Below, piece after piece: positions 63,366 to 64,000 of a stretch of 64,000 nt of DNA. A program made the translations under genes and the position numbers. This DNA comes from Macrostomum hystrix (lineage: Eukaryota > Animalia > Platyhelminthes), in the NCBI GenBank assembly GCA_950097015.1, contig CATNEN010000001.1:12462001-12526000 (forward strand), written 5' to 3'. The notes below the pieces were generated by a model. It made no database searches. It saw nothing but the letters and a program-made list of their open reading frames with translations, and was not told where the DNA came from. Numbering within the stretch: position 1 is the first letter of the stretch; every line of letters begins with the position of its first letter.

Positions 63366-64000
63366 ATGCAACAAGAAACCGCCGAGCAGCAGCAGCAGCA
63401 GCAGCAGCAAATTGACGACAATCTAATTTCTACTAGTTGGCGATTAGAGAAAAGGCGACAGGAGAAACAAAGACGGCGAGAACGGCACAGAGCGGCTGTC
63501 AGACTGATAGGTGATTCTTTGATATGAAATTAAAATTTGTTTTCTTACATTTCTACTGACAAGTAGTGCAGTGCTAACATTTGATTTCTTTTTTGTTATC
63601 TTTCGCTAGTTGACTCCGGCCAGGATCACGTGACCAAGCGGGATGCCAGAGCCATCCTGGATGCCAGGCTGCAGTCAGCTTTGACCACTGGCCAGCCAAC
63701 TGTCTGTCTGGACTTGGCCTACGAGCATCGAATGTCTGACAAAGAGGTTGACAAATTGGCGAAACAATTGAACCGACTCTATGGCATTCATAGGGCCTCC
63801 CAGCCTAACATGGCTCGACTCTGTCTCACTAACTACCAGCCGGATTCGCGCCTAGCAACGGTTGCTAAGCGGAAATACTCGATAAATTCCTATCGCATAG
63901 GTTTATTTCCCGGTTCGCCAGCTGAAACATTCCCCGATGGACAGATTGTTTATTTATCTCCCGATGCTCAGCAATGCCTAAATGAGGTGTCTCCAAGCGC
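63366..64000 (+). CDS. TRMT10: tRNA m1G9 methyltransferase, TRMT10 family (TRMT10B-like), 5' part; exons 63366-63510, 63610->64000
   Basis: Manual translation gives VCLDLAYEHRMSDKEVDKLAKQLNRLYG...IVYLSPDA (Trm10 SPOUT motifs); phase-1 intron; runs off the window end so it is absent from the ORF track. Confidence 0.85.

Overview
Repeat-rich metazoan genomic DNA with spliceosomal introns; the composition is reminiscent of a free-living flatworm such as Macrostomum, which is an inference only. (1) 2.3-27.5 kb holds a tandem + strand cluster of about 11 small secreted PAN/Apple-domain genes, pseudogenes and fragments. Seven copies plus one fragment share a near-identical ~190-bp core, while their promoters, signal peptides and second exons (Ser/Thr/Ala tails or a CBM14-like six-Cys module) are mixed combinatorially. 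One divergent member is a PAN + F-type lectin. (2) 36.8-50.5 kb (-) is a 6-exon NR1J/HR96-type nuclear receptor (~616 aa) with a probable GC-AG intron. Every intron carries a tandem repeat, and two arrays begin at a 5' splice site and contain its complement. (3) ZMYND10 (+) lies head-to-head with it and carries a non-autonomous Helitron (with a nested hAT MITE) and a MULE-type MITE in its probable first intron. (4) A TRMT10-family gene starts at the window end. Also present: an intact DD34D mariner transposase with ~200-bp TIRs and a damaged end, a 5'-truncated RTE-like LINE, two tRNA-derived SINE families (one CORE-like), a P-like MITE and over a dozen minisatellite arrays. Most long repetitive ORFs in the track are minisatellite artefacts.
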